This document shows positions 1 through 9,855 of a stretch of 38,616 nucleotides of DNA, piece after piece. This DNA comes from Chiloscyllium plagiosum. Its lineage: Eukaryota. Every line of letters begins with the position of its first letter. Positions within the stretch are counted from its first letter, which is position 1. The notes under the pieces are model-generated. The model saw only the letters and a list, made by a program, of their open reading frames with translations, was not told the DNA's origin and did no database searches. A program made the position numbers and the translations under genes. The stretch spans positions 29,537,206 through 29,575,821 of the forward strand of contig NC_057718.1 in NCBI RefSeq assembly GCF_004010195.1. The letters are read 5' to 3'.

Positions 1-551
1 GGATTATCTGAAACTAAGGATCAATATTTTAAAAGTGTCCTCTATTTATCTTAAAATTCTAAACCTTCACCGAAGATCAACTAATTGAAAATTATATATC
101 TTTCATTAAAACTTGACAGCTATCTTAAAAAGCTACAGCCTGAAATGTCCAGATGAGAATCAGACAAGAGAAATCCACCAGTCAAAACATAACCACTCAT
201 TAATTATAATTATTATTGAATGATTATGTCCCATATGGGATCAGAATTCTTCTTAAAAATAAAAACTTATTTACAAAACAAATTCAGACAGACATTAGAC
301 ATAGAAGTTCCTTCGTGAATTGGAATGGGCTTAGGATTCAAGATTAGATTTCAAATTAATGCTGTTTAAATGTTAAAATACTTCTGCGAAACTGTCCTTC
401 ACATTTCGGATCAGAACACCTTCTGCATGATCATGCTGAAGTTCTCTTAGCTAACTTACATTACTCATTTAGCTTATTCATGAATCATACAACAAACATT
501 TTGTCTTATTGAAAATAATCAGCAAACGAGAAAGTTTCAAATATCACCAAC

Positions 552-659
552 CTTGTGTGTTTTTTCCTTTCTGATGCTGGGCGAGCAGAGGCCAAAAATA
601 ATGGGGCCGAACAGATAAACCTTTCTTCTGCATGATCTTCATGAGCTCAATTGACATTT
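552..659 (-). CDS. LRPPRC: LRPPRC coding exon (exon 11), 108 nt; gene continues beyond window start
   Basis: ttctag|AA..CAAG|gttggt; EMSIELMKIMQKKGLSVRPHYFWPLLAQHQKGKNTQ (RPHYFWPLL motif). Confidence 0.96.
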
Positions 660-794
660 CTAGAAATATTTTTTTAAAATTTTATCATCAGAAATACTGA
701 ACAGAAAGATACGAGAATAGCAAAAAGTTGTCCGATTCCCATGATATTTGACAACAAAATACAAACTAAACTCCAAGTGTTTTCATATGCATAC

Positions 795-1315
795 AGTTCT
801 GATTGGTCTTCTACAGGATGTTGTTAAACTTGAGAGTGTGCAGCAAAGATTTACAAGCATGTTGCCAGGACTGGAGTGTTTGAGCGATAGGGAGATACTG
901 ATTAGGCTGGGGCTTTTGTCCCCAGAGCAAAGGCTGAGGGTGACCTTATAGAAGCTTATAAAATCATAACAGGTACAGATATGGTGAACATCCAAGGTCT
1001 TTTTCCCTCGGGTGGGTGAGTGGTGGGAGTCCCAAGACGAGAGAGTAAAGGTTCAAGGCAAGGGAAAAGATTTGAAAAGGAGCTGAGGGGTAACTTTTTC
1101 ATGCAGAGGGTGGTACACATATGGAACAAGCTGCCAGAGAAAGTGGAAGAGACACATACAATAACATTTAAAAGGCATCTGAATGGGTACATGAATAGGA
1201 AGGGCTTAGAGGGACATGGGTCAAATGCTGTCAAATTGGGCTAAGTTCAATTGGAATGTCCAGTCATCATGGACGAGTTGGACTGAAGGGTTTGTTTCCA
1301 TGCTGTGAGACTCTT
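795..1315 (+). mobile_element. CR1 3' fragment
   Basis: DVVKLESVQQRFTSMLPGLE..., LRGNFFMQRVVHIWNKLP and CR1 3'UTR. Confidence 0.88.
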
Positions 1316-1549
1316 AAAGTGCGACATGTAATTAATTTTCTTTTTATTAATTACAATTTTATTTGTACAGTTATGAACAAGTGACATGTATAAAATATTA
1401 TTTTATTTGATGCAGTGTTTTTTGTACTTGTCATCTCTAATTCACAAAAAAATGCTGAAAATTATCTTCTGAAATGACTTTGAAAATACGAATTCTACAA
1501 ACAAAATATTTTTTGCCCCTTCCATGAGTTTAGGATGTGAGTTATATTT

Positions 1550-3155
1550 TAAAATTCACTCATGGGAATCGTTGGCTGGGCCGGTTTTTCTTGCCCAAAC
1601 CTAGTTGTCCTTGAGAGGGTGCTAGTAAGCTGCCTTCTTAATCACGACAGCCCATTTGTTGTAGATTAGACCAATGATGCCATTAGAGAAGGAATTGAGG
1701 GATTTTGTTCCACCAAAACTGAAGAAATGATAATAAATTTCCAAGTCAAGATGGCTCAGAGGTACATTTGCAGGTGGTGGTGTTCCCACATATCTGCTGC
1801 CCTTGATCTTCAAGATTGCAGAGGAAACAGGTTTGGAAGGTGTAGTGGACTGAGTTTTGGCAAATTTCTGCAATGCATCTTGTGAATAGTACACACTGCT
1901 GCTCCTGAGCATTGATGGTAGAGTGACTGAATAGTTATGGATGCAATGCAAATCAAGCGGGCTGTTTTGTCTTGGATGGTGTTAAGCTTCTCAAGTCTTG
2001 TTGGAGCTGTGTTCGTTCAGGCAAATGGAGAGCATTCCATCACACTCCTGATTTGTGTTGTAACTGCTGCACAGACTTTGGGAAGTCAGGTGAGTTATTT
2101 ACAGCAACACTTGCAGTCAGTTTAGTTTATGGTCAATGATAGCTCCCAGGATGTTGATAATGGCCATTCAGTGATAGTAACACCATTGAACGTCAATGGG
2201 TCGCAGTGGAAGAGCCTCTTATTGGAGGTAGTCATTGCTTGGCGTTTGTATGACTTGAACATGGCTTGCCACTTTTCAGCACAAGCCTGAATAACGTCCA
2301 GGCCTTCGTGCACTTGGACTTGAATTATTTCAGTATCTGAGGAGCTGGGAATGACGTTCGAGATTGTGCAATCATTGGTGAATGTCCCCAATGGAGTGAA
2401 GGCCATTGATGTAGTAGCTAAAGATGGTTGGGCCCAGGACACTACCTTGAGTAACTCCTGCATTGGCATCCTACAGCTTAACCTCCATCAACCATAATTA
2501 TCTTCCTATGTGCCATGCATAATTCCAATCATTCAAGAGTTGTCTCCAGCCCCATAACCCCATCCACCCATACCCAATGAGTTTGAGATTCTTGAGACCA
2601 CACTCAGTCAAATGCAGCCTTGATGTCAGGAGCTGTCATTCCCACCCAAGGTCTGGAATTCAGCTCTTTTGACGACATTTGAACCAAATCTGTAGTGAGG
2701 TCTGCAGCAAAGTGGCCCTGGCAGAACCCAAACTGGAGGACAGTGAAATGAGCAAATTGGTGCTGCTTGATGGCACCGTTGATGACACCTTCCATCACTT
2801 TACTGACAATCAAGAGTAGACAGATGGGGTAGTAACTGGCTGGGTTGGATTTGTTCTGCTTTTTCTATGCAAGACCTTGGCAATTTTCCATATTATTGGG
2901 TAAATGCTAGTACTGCAGCTATACTGCAACAGTTTGACTAGGTATTCAGCAAGTTCTGGATACATCTTCAGTCCTGCTGCCTGAATGTCATCAAAGTCCA
3001 TAGCTTTTGCAGTATCAAGCCTCCAACTGTTTTTTGATGTCACGTGGAGTGAATCAAATTGGCTGAAGACTGGCACTTGTGATGCTGGGGAGCTGTGGAG
3101 GATGCAGTGATGGATCACCCACTCGGCACTCCTGGCTGAATGCTTCAGCCTTACC
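1550..3155 (-). mobile_element. Old LINE (CR1/L2 superclade) RT remnant
   Basis: IVSKVMEGVIN..QFGFCQGH..DIKAAFD; LDTAKAMDFDDI..PELAEYLVKLLQYS. Confidence 0.8.
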
Positions 3156-3719
3156 AAATCTGGGCGCCATCACCCGAGTTTCTGGAATAATAGTTAGCAA
3201 TAATACCACTCCGCCATAGCCCTCTCTAATGAAAAGAGGAATGGTTCCACTTAGTACAGTTACTAATGCTGCTTGGGTTGCACTGACATGCATACAAATC
3301 TGCATTTAAATGGCTCAACCGACACCTTTGTTCTCAGAGGTCCACTAATCTGGGTTTTTACACTGCAGACATCTCTGGTCAGTTACATCAAAGGCAAAGT
3401 TAAGTGAAAAGAAATGCTATTAGTTTTGCAGAAGTCAGTCCTGCAGTTTACTGGATGAAGAGAAGCTCTCTATGGAACAGAAATAATTGTCTGCTGACCT
3501 AAATCTTTTTCATATCAAGTACACTATACAGCCAGTCTTAGTGCTTTCTTCTATACAAATTGAATTTGTGGAAGTAAAATTCAAATTGTAGTTCGAGCTT
3601 AATTAAGATAGTCCTCAGCCATGTTTCACGCATGACACACGTAACATAATAATTTGTTTTTGTAAAGCTAATTATTAATCAATATCCTTCAATCTTCAAA
3701 TTTCTCATATAATACAAAC

Positions 3720-3825
3720 CAGATTTTTTGGCATCCAGTGCACAGTAAAGAGCAAAGTGGAAAGGAGCTGAATGCAAATTGGCCTCTATTAGTCCCTCAC
3801 AGAAGTGACAGAGCTTGTCTATTGT
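3720..3825 (-). CDS. LRPPRC: LRPPRC coding exon (exon 10), 106 nt
   Basis: tcttctag|ACA..TCTG|gtttgt; TIDKLCHFCEGLIEANLHSAPFHFALYCALDAKKS; phase 0 in, phase 1 out, matching neighbours. Confidence 0.93.
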
Positions 3826-3904
3826 CTAGAAGAGAATAAAAAAAACAAATTAATTACTTCCTTAAAGAAAATGGCAATCCATACTAATAGAACCAAAATA
3901 TCAC

Positions 3905-4097
3905 CCTGAGAAAAAGAACAGGAAATTATATCACTGCAGGAAATGACATCACCAACCCAAGAAAACCGAAACACAAATAAAAAGCAAGCCATACCACCAG
4001 TGCTTCATCTGGAGGCACACTGATAATGTTACCTCGCATCGTGATGAAATGTCTGAAAACAAACCTTCCAGCTCAGCGAGCAAACCTACATCCAAAT
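3905..4097 (+). mobile_element. Older PLE-type 3' fragment (different family) with degenerate hammerhead
   Basis: 4018-4055 caCTGATAAtgttacctcgcatcgtgatGAAAtGTCtg; G8 changed to A. Confidence 0.5.
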
Positions 4098-4139
4098 CTT
4101 TTGTCCATGTTTGAACAAAAACTGTCATGAAGACAGAAG

Positions 4140-4287
4140 CAGAGTACCTTGGACAGAATGCAAATCAAGTATCAATGCCTGCAGTATCTGCAGTATCCAA
4201 TGCCTTCAGCTGTTTCTTAAAATCACATGGAGTGAATCCAATTGATTGAAGGCTGGCATTTGTGATATTGAGGATCTCAGGAGGAGG
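4140..4287 (-). mobile_element. Old LINE remnant, left half of the interrupted copy
   Basis: 4229-4287 aligns with 3046-3100 of the related copy. Confidence 0.7.
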
Positions 4288-4378
4288 AGAAAGTGAGGTC
4301 TGCAGATGCTGGAGATCAAAGTTGAAACTTTATTGCTGGAACAGCACAGCAGGTCAGGCAGCATCCAGGGAACAGGAG

Positions 4379-4414
4379 ATTCGACGTTTCGGGCACAGGC
4401 CCTTCTTCAGGAAT
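4379..4414 (-). ncRNA. Minimal type I hammerhead ribozyme (sense to LRPPRC pre-mRNA)
   Basis: AUUC-CUGAAGA-aGGGC cugu GCCC-GAAA-CGUC^GAAU: complete core, stem II, palindromic ACGU stem III, GUC site, 4-bp stem I. Confidence 0.8.
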
Positions 4415-4681
4415 GAGCAGAGAGTGTTCAGCAGGAGAAGATAAAAGGTAGGGAGGAGGGACTTGGAGGAGGGGCATTGGAAATGTGATAGGTGGAAAGA
4501 GGTCAAGGTGAGGGTGATAGAAAGGAGTAGGATGGAGGCGGAGAGGTCAACAAGAAGACTGCAGGTCAGGAAGGCGACGTGGTCGACGGTGCCCTCCACC
4601 GCATCTCCTCCACTTCCAACTCCCCTCCTCCAAGTCCCTCCTCCCTACCTTTTATCTTCTCCTGCTGAACACTCTCTGCTC

Positions 4682-4717
4682 ATTCCTGAAGAAGGGCCTG
4701 TGCCCGAAACGTCGAAT
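4682..4717 (+). ncRNA. Minimal type I hammerhead ribozyme
   Basis: attcCTGAAGAagggcctgtgcccGAAAcGTCgaat, identical to the 4379-4414 copy in inverted orientation. Confidence 0.8.
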
Positions 4718-6186
4718 CTCCTGTTCCCTGGATGCTGCCTGACCTGCTGTGCTGTTCCAGCAATAAAGTTTCAACTTTGATATCCAAATGAATCCAACAA
4801 GAACTGGACCAAGCATATGTGGTACTCATAATCTTCTTCATCCTAAGTATACGCATGATTTTACTACAACTGCTAAGTATTTCATCAGTAATATTTTCAG
4901 CAACATAACACAAAACATCGCAGATAAGAAAAACTGCAGCATATTAACATGCCAAATTTCCCCTAAAGTAAATGCATTAAAATTCCATCAAATTTGACAA
5001 TATTGTTATGTATTTGGCTTTAAGGGGTTAACACGTAGGGGGTTCCATACAACAGCCAAGCAGGGTGAGATCAATAGTTGTGATGTTGAGAAGATATGCT
5101 CTTCTTCATTAGGGTAAATAAAACCACAGAAAGTAGACAAAATCAAACACAAAATATTGCTGAGGAAAGGAGTGAACAAAGACAGAAATGGGAACTATTT
5201 AAATGTAAATCTATGATTCGCTCCAGTAATAATATCTAACAATATTCAATATCTAGGATCATACCAAAAGAGTACTTTGAAGTATTAAAGGGATTTTCTG
5301 CTATCTAGTGATCTCTGAGGCATGAAGTTTCCCTTTCTTGATATGTGCAAGATCAAGACAAACACTAGGCATACAGTAACAGTGATATCACCGCAGGGAG
5401 TTGGCAGCCAATTACACTGAAGTATTCTCAAACAGCAAATCAGAAAGTAAAATGCAGTAAAATCTTCTACTCAATTAAAATTTCCACAGAGTAAATACAA
5501 ATCATCAGTGATACACATGGGATTAAAGTAGCTGAAATATCATAACTTTTTTTTAAATTTGAAAAAAACATTATTGCCATAATAATGGCAAAAAAGCATC
5601 CCAGTGATATAACATTAGATTTCTATGAGTAACTATTGAGTTATTAAAATTAAATTGCATTTATATAGTAACTGTTATGGCCACAGAAAGATCCAAAATG
5701 CTTTACAGCCAATAAAGTACTTTGGAAGTACAGTCAGTGTTGACACATAGCAGGCAATTTACATGTAGCAAGCTCCCACAAAAAGAAATGCTGTACTAAT
5801 TATTGAAAAAATATTGACTATGACACCTGGAACAACTTTCTCATCAGTGGTGAGGTTCTGGAACCCACGAGTTCAAAGGGTAATACAGGCAAAAACCATA
5901 ATCACATTAAAACATGCGGTGGAACAGTCAATGGGTTTAGGAATCAAAATTTGGAGAGTGGGATTAGTGTGACGAGGTATTCATCGACTGGTATGGACAT
6001 AATGTGCCAGACGACTACCTTCTGTGCATGAAATCTTACTGTGTTTTCTATGTATCTATAACTCTTATTAAAAATAGTGCCATTGGCTCTTCTATGTCTA
6101 CATTAGAGGACAGACAGGCCTTCACTTAGTAGGCTCTCGTCAAAAAGATAGCAGCTTAAATCTTCCAACTTCCCTCACTGGATTGG

Positions 6187-6533
6187 AATGTGTTGCTGGA
6201 AAAGCGCAGCAGGTCAGGCAGCATCCAGGGAACAGGAGAATCGACGTTTCGGGCATAAACCCTTCTTCAGGAATGAGGAAAGTTTGTCCAGCAGGCTAAG
6301 ATAAAAGGTAGGGAGGAGGGACTTGGGGGAGGGGCGTCGGAAATGTGATAGGTGGAAAGAGGTCAAGGTGAGGGTGATAGGCCAGACTGGGGTGGGGGCG
6401 GAGAGGTCGGGAAGAAGATTGCAGGTTAGGAAGGCGGTGCTGAGTTCGATGGATTTGACTGAGACAAGGTGGGAGGAGGGGAAATGAAATTTTCAGCTCT
6501 GATCTCCAGCATCTGCAGACCTCACTTTCTCCT
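6187..6533. mobile_element. Second PLE terminus (related subfamily): inverted pLTR segment plus plus-strand tail
   Basis: 6192-6436 closely similar to 4332-4576; ends with ttttcagctctgatctccagcatctgcagacctcactttctcct. Confidence 0.8.
6239..6274 (-). ncRNA. Minimal type I hammerhead ribozyme (sense to LRPPRC pre-mRNA)
   Basis: auucCUGAAGAagggu uuau gcccGAAAcGUCgauu; core intact, stem I has a U-U mismatch. Confidence 0.7.
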
Positions 6534-6621
6534 AGCCATAGTGAAGCCACACAGTGTCTAACTCAATGACTCGTCTCTGGTAAATACGAACGTTGTTGAT
6601 CTCCTCTTGTGTTGAAATCAG

Positions 6622-6753
6622 AAACAGACATGAAGGTGACAATTGGAAGCCACCCACCCTGCACTGAGACTGAAGCCAGCCGTCTCTGGTTTGATGTTTT
6701 CAAGAAAGACCTTTATATCTGCGATGGGAAGATTTGGGTGTCAATCTTACAAG
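6622..6753 (+). pseudogene. TSPEAR: Orphan exon resembling TSPEAR (exon 6 equivalent, between the laminin G and EAR domains), displaced copy
   Basis: ctcctcttgtgttgaaatcag|AA..CAAG|gtaatg; 132 nt, phase 1-1, no stop; (E)TDMKVTIGSHPPCTETEASRLWFDVFKKDLYICDGKIWVSILQ resembles recalled human [50 protein letters not shown]; I found no other TSPEAR exon in the window. Confidence 0.85.
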
Positions 6754-7067
6754 GTAATGCAACAATATCATTAAGGTAGAGATGGATTGTTTGTAGTGCC
6801 ACCCCTCAGTGAAGTTGTTAATGAATAAATAGAATACATAAAGAAAGAAAGTCACATTTGTATGAACCTCAGCAAGGCTCATTACGGTCAATGAAATTTT
6901 TTTTACTCAGCCAATGAAACAGGGCACAATAAGCTCCCACAAACAGCAATATGATAGTTGCCAAGTGACCTGCTTTTGCAATGTTGATTGGTCAGGACTC
7001 CAGGGTTAACTCCCTTACTATTCTTTAAAATTGTGCTATGGTATCTTCTCCCTCCACTTGAGAGGAT

Positions 7068-7379
7068 AGAATCATAGAATCCCTACAGTGTGGAAACAGG
7101 CCCTTCAGCTCAACAAATCCACACCAATCTTCTGAAGATCCATTCCCCTATCCTATTATCCTATACTTACCCGTGACTAATGCACCTAACCTGAACATTA
7201 TGACAATTTAGCATGACCAGTTCACGTACCCTGCATGTCTTTGGATTGTGGGAGGAAACCTGAGCACCCAGAGGAAACCCACACAGACATGGGGAGAATG
7301 TACTGTCGCCCAACGGTAGAATCAAATGCAATACCCTGGTGCTGTGAGACAGCAGTGCTAACCACTGAGCTACCATGCC
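7068..7379 (-). mobile_element. tRNA-derived SINE with CR1-type tail (HE1-like)
   Basis: tggcatggtagctcagtggttagcactgctg A-box head; gggcctgtttccacactgtagggattctatga tail. Confidence 0.85.
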
Positions 7380-7679
7380 AGATAGATGCGACCTTTTTTC
7401 TTAACAATTCGCCTCTGACTGCACACCCCTGCTCAGGACTACACTGGGGTATCAACCCAGATTAGAACTTTCTAAAGAGGCATTTTGCCCACAATATTGT
7501 AAATCAGCGTTCAGGTAGCCGCGGAGGTCGCCAATCTGTTGGCGATGGTCTTCATGACGATCGCAGAGCAGGTTGTCTGTGCGGCGATCCCGGAGGCGGT
7601 TGTTTGGGCCGCGATCATGAAGGTTGCGAGGTCGATGGGGGCGGAAGTGACGTCATCGGCGGCGGCGTCTGCTCAGGAC

Positions 7680-8110
7680 GATCTCAGGAGGAGGCCAAGA
7701 TGAACCATCCTCTCCATATTTCTGATTGAAGAAGTTTGCAAATGCTCTCGCCTAGTTATTGGCACTGTTATGCTGAGCTCCCTATCATGAGATTGGGTAT
7801 ATTTTAGACGTTAACTGTCCACACCATTCATAACTGGATGTGGCAGGACCACAGGGTTTAAGTCTGATCCATTGGTTAAGGAATCACTTAGCTCAATCAT
7901 TTATTGGTTTTGCACGCAAACAGGCCTGTGCCATTGCTTCACTATGTTCATGTTTCATTTTTAGTTATAGATGGTATGCCTTCCTAAACTCTTCACTGAG
8001 CCAGCATTGCCCACCCTGTTTAATGACAGTTCTGGAGTGGGGGATATTCTGACCTATGAATTTACAGATTATGGTTAAATACAATTCTGCTGATGATCAA
8101 CAGCACCTCA
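7680..8110 (-). mobile_element. Old LINE remnant, right half of the interrupted copy
   Basis: 7688-7731 matches the continuation of the related copy near 3097-3140 (29/44 ungapped by hand). Confidence 0.7.
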
Positions 8111-8202
8111 CTGATACTGTTATCACCAAGTTTTTTGAACATACAATAATTTTGATTTGACACCCGATTATTATGGGACTATCATCCATTACTTTGTCTT
8201 AC

Positions 8203-8360
8203 CGTGTCTTGATTAGTACAGTGCCGGATGAAAAAGTTACCAAGATCTAATGAATCGCCATTTTGGTTCTCAGACTGAAACATAGGAAAAGTTTTCAACA
8301 CTTGGAAAGCAGTTTCTTCCCAACCTTGTGTAATCAAGCTCAAACATAGATTCATTGCAT
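8203..8360 (-). CDS. LRPPRC: LRPPRC coding exon (exon 9), 158 nt
   Basis: ttacag|AT..ACG|gtaaga; DAMNLCLSLITQGWEETAFQVLKTFPMFQSENQNGDSLDLGNFFIRHCTNQDT. Confidence 0.95.
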
Positions 8361-8827
8361 CTGTAACAATCAACAAATTAGAAAATAAGCCAAACTGTGA
8401 CAATTATTCCACTATAACCAAAAAGATTGTAATTATGAAATATAATTCTTAATCAACATTTAAATATGATCGGCCTACATATGAAAAGTCTGCTCAGCTA
8501 CTATTTGATGTTTTACCGTGCTTGATCTCATAAAAGTATACTAAGTATTGTAATCCAACAACAGATTCATAAACATTAATTGAAGCTTACAACAAAAAAA
8601 AACTGCTACCGGAAAATGGTGTGTTCAATGTTAGGATTTCTCAAAATTTCTCTTAACCAATGTTTTAAAATAGACCAATAACTACAGGAACAAAAATGAA
8701 AACATTAAAATTTCACAATTTATTTTGTGAACCATGTAAATGATTTAAGTTGTGGATAATCTCAAAACGAAGAGAGAAACTGCCGATATATTCTAGATTA
8801 AGTGTTATGTTTGAAAAATTCACTCGC

Positions 8828-9180
8828 AGGGACATCATAGTGGCTCAGTGGTGAGCACTGCTGCCTCACTGTGCCATAGACCTGGGTTCACTTCCACCAC
8901 TCAGGCAACTGTCTGCACAGAATATGCACATCCTCCCTTCGTCTTTGCAGGTTTCCTACCACAGTCTAAAGATGTGCAGGTTAGATGGATTGGCAATGCT
9001 GAAGTTGCCCAGAGTGTCCAGGGATGTGTAGGTTGGATGGATTAGCAATGAGAAATGCAGTGCTACAGGGGTAGGGATTGGGAATTGGGTCTGGTTGGGA
9101 TGGTCTTCGGACACTATGTGTGGACTCGATGGGCTGAATTTCCTGCTTCCACGCTAAAAAGATTCGATGATATGATTCTA
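8828..9180 (+). mobile_element. tRNA-derived SINE (HE1-like)
   Basis: gtggctcagtggtgagcactgctgcctcac...gggttcacttcc A/B boxes; cacagtctaaagatgtgcaggttag core. Confidence 0.85.
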
Positions 9181-9855
9181 AGATTATTCTGTGCTCTCAT
9201 TTAATCCTTCACAACTACTGTAAAAGTCTTGAAATAGAGTGCGAGAAGATCCATAGTTTCATTCATTGTGTCAATGAAGCAGAACTTAATATAACATGAA
9301 ATTAAACGCATAACTGTGTTTCTAGTTTGTCCAAAATCAGAAGGCAGAGCAACCAATGGACATTCTCAACATGCCAAAAGAATGGTTACTGTCCTTAAAG
9401 AATCCAAGCAGAGATATCAGATTCTAACAACTTATATTATTTTGACCATTTGCAGCTTTCCTCGCTGCATCTCTCTAAATACTTAGAAGATTAATTATGG
9501 AACACAACTCCTTAGAATATTGCGATAACAAAAAGCTGGTATTTTAGCAATTAATGCTTAAGTACAGGATAAGGAGATTTTTAGTCTAATATTCATTTAG
9601 ACTTGCCCAAAAACTTACATTTTACGAGCTTGTCATTTGCCATGGCTTATGCTAATAGAAAAACAATAATTAGGATAATACAGTACTTTTCACCCATATA
9701 AAAAGAAACAAAATTAGTTTTTACTTAGCAGGCTTTTTCCAGTTTAAATATGTTCTACACTGTCTAAGTCAAATTTCAAGAATCCTGAAGTGAATAAGAT
9801 TTGAGAAATCACAACTGAAAACCATATATATCCACAACACTAGTGTAAAACTCGC

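Larger units (their letters stand above)
4285..4786 (-). mobile_element. Penelope-like element terminus with inverted pseudo-LTR
   Basis: 160-bp perfect inverted repeat 4315-4474/4622-4781; an extra tail on one arm only; hammerhead core in each arm; spacer includes 4576-4617 encoding DVVDGALHRISSTS, resembling a PLE post-RT region. Confidence 0.8.
4288..7679 (-). mobile_element. Composite PLE-bounded insertion with captured genomic DNA
   Basis: Flanked by direct repeat GATCTCAGGAGGAGG at 4273-4287 and 7680-7694; the two flanks join into one colinear old LINE. Confidence 0.8.

Noticed and set aside
5019..5031. TTTAAGGGGTTAA resembling a TTAA-type DNA transposon end
   Set aside because: No partner terminus seen.
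4781..6190. Possible preceding TSPEAR exon within the cargo
   Set aside because: I found no frame resembling GLVRQLVLLPGSDA..YPY with splice sites by eye; TBLASTN would settle it.
8838..8895. tRNA gene-like A/B boxes (also near 7310-7379 and 21965-22023)
   Set aside because: These are SINE heads continuing into SINE core and CR1-type tails; there is no full cloverleaf.
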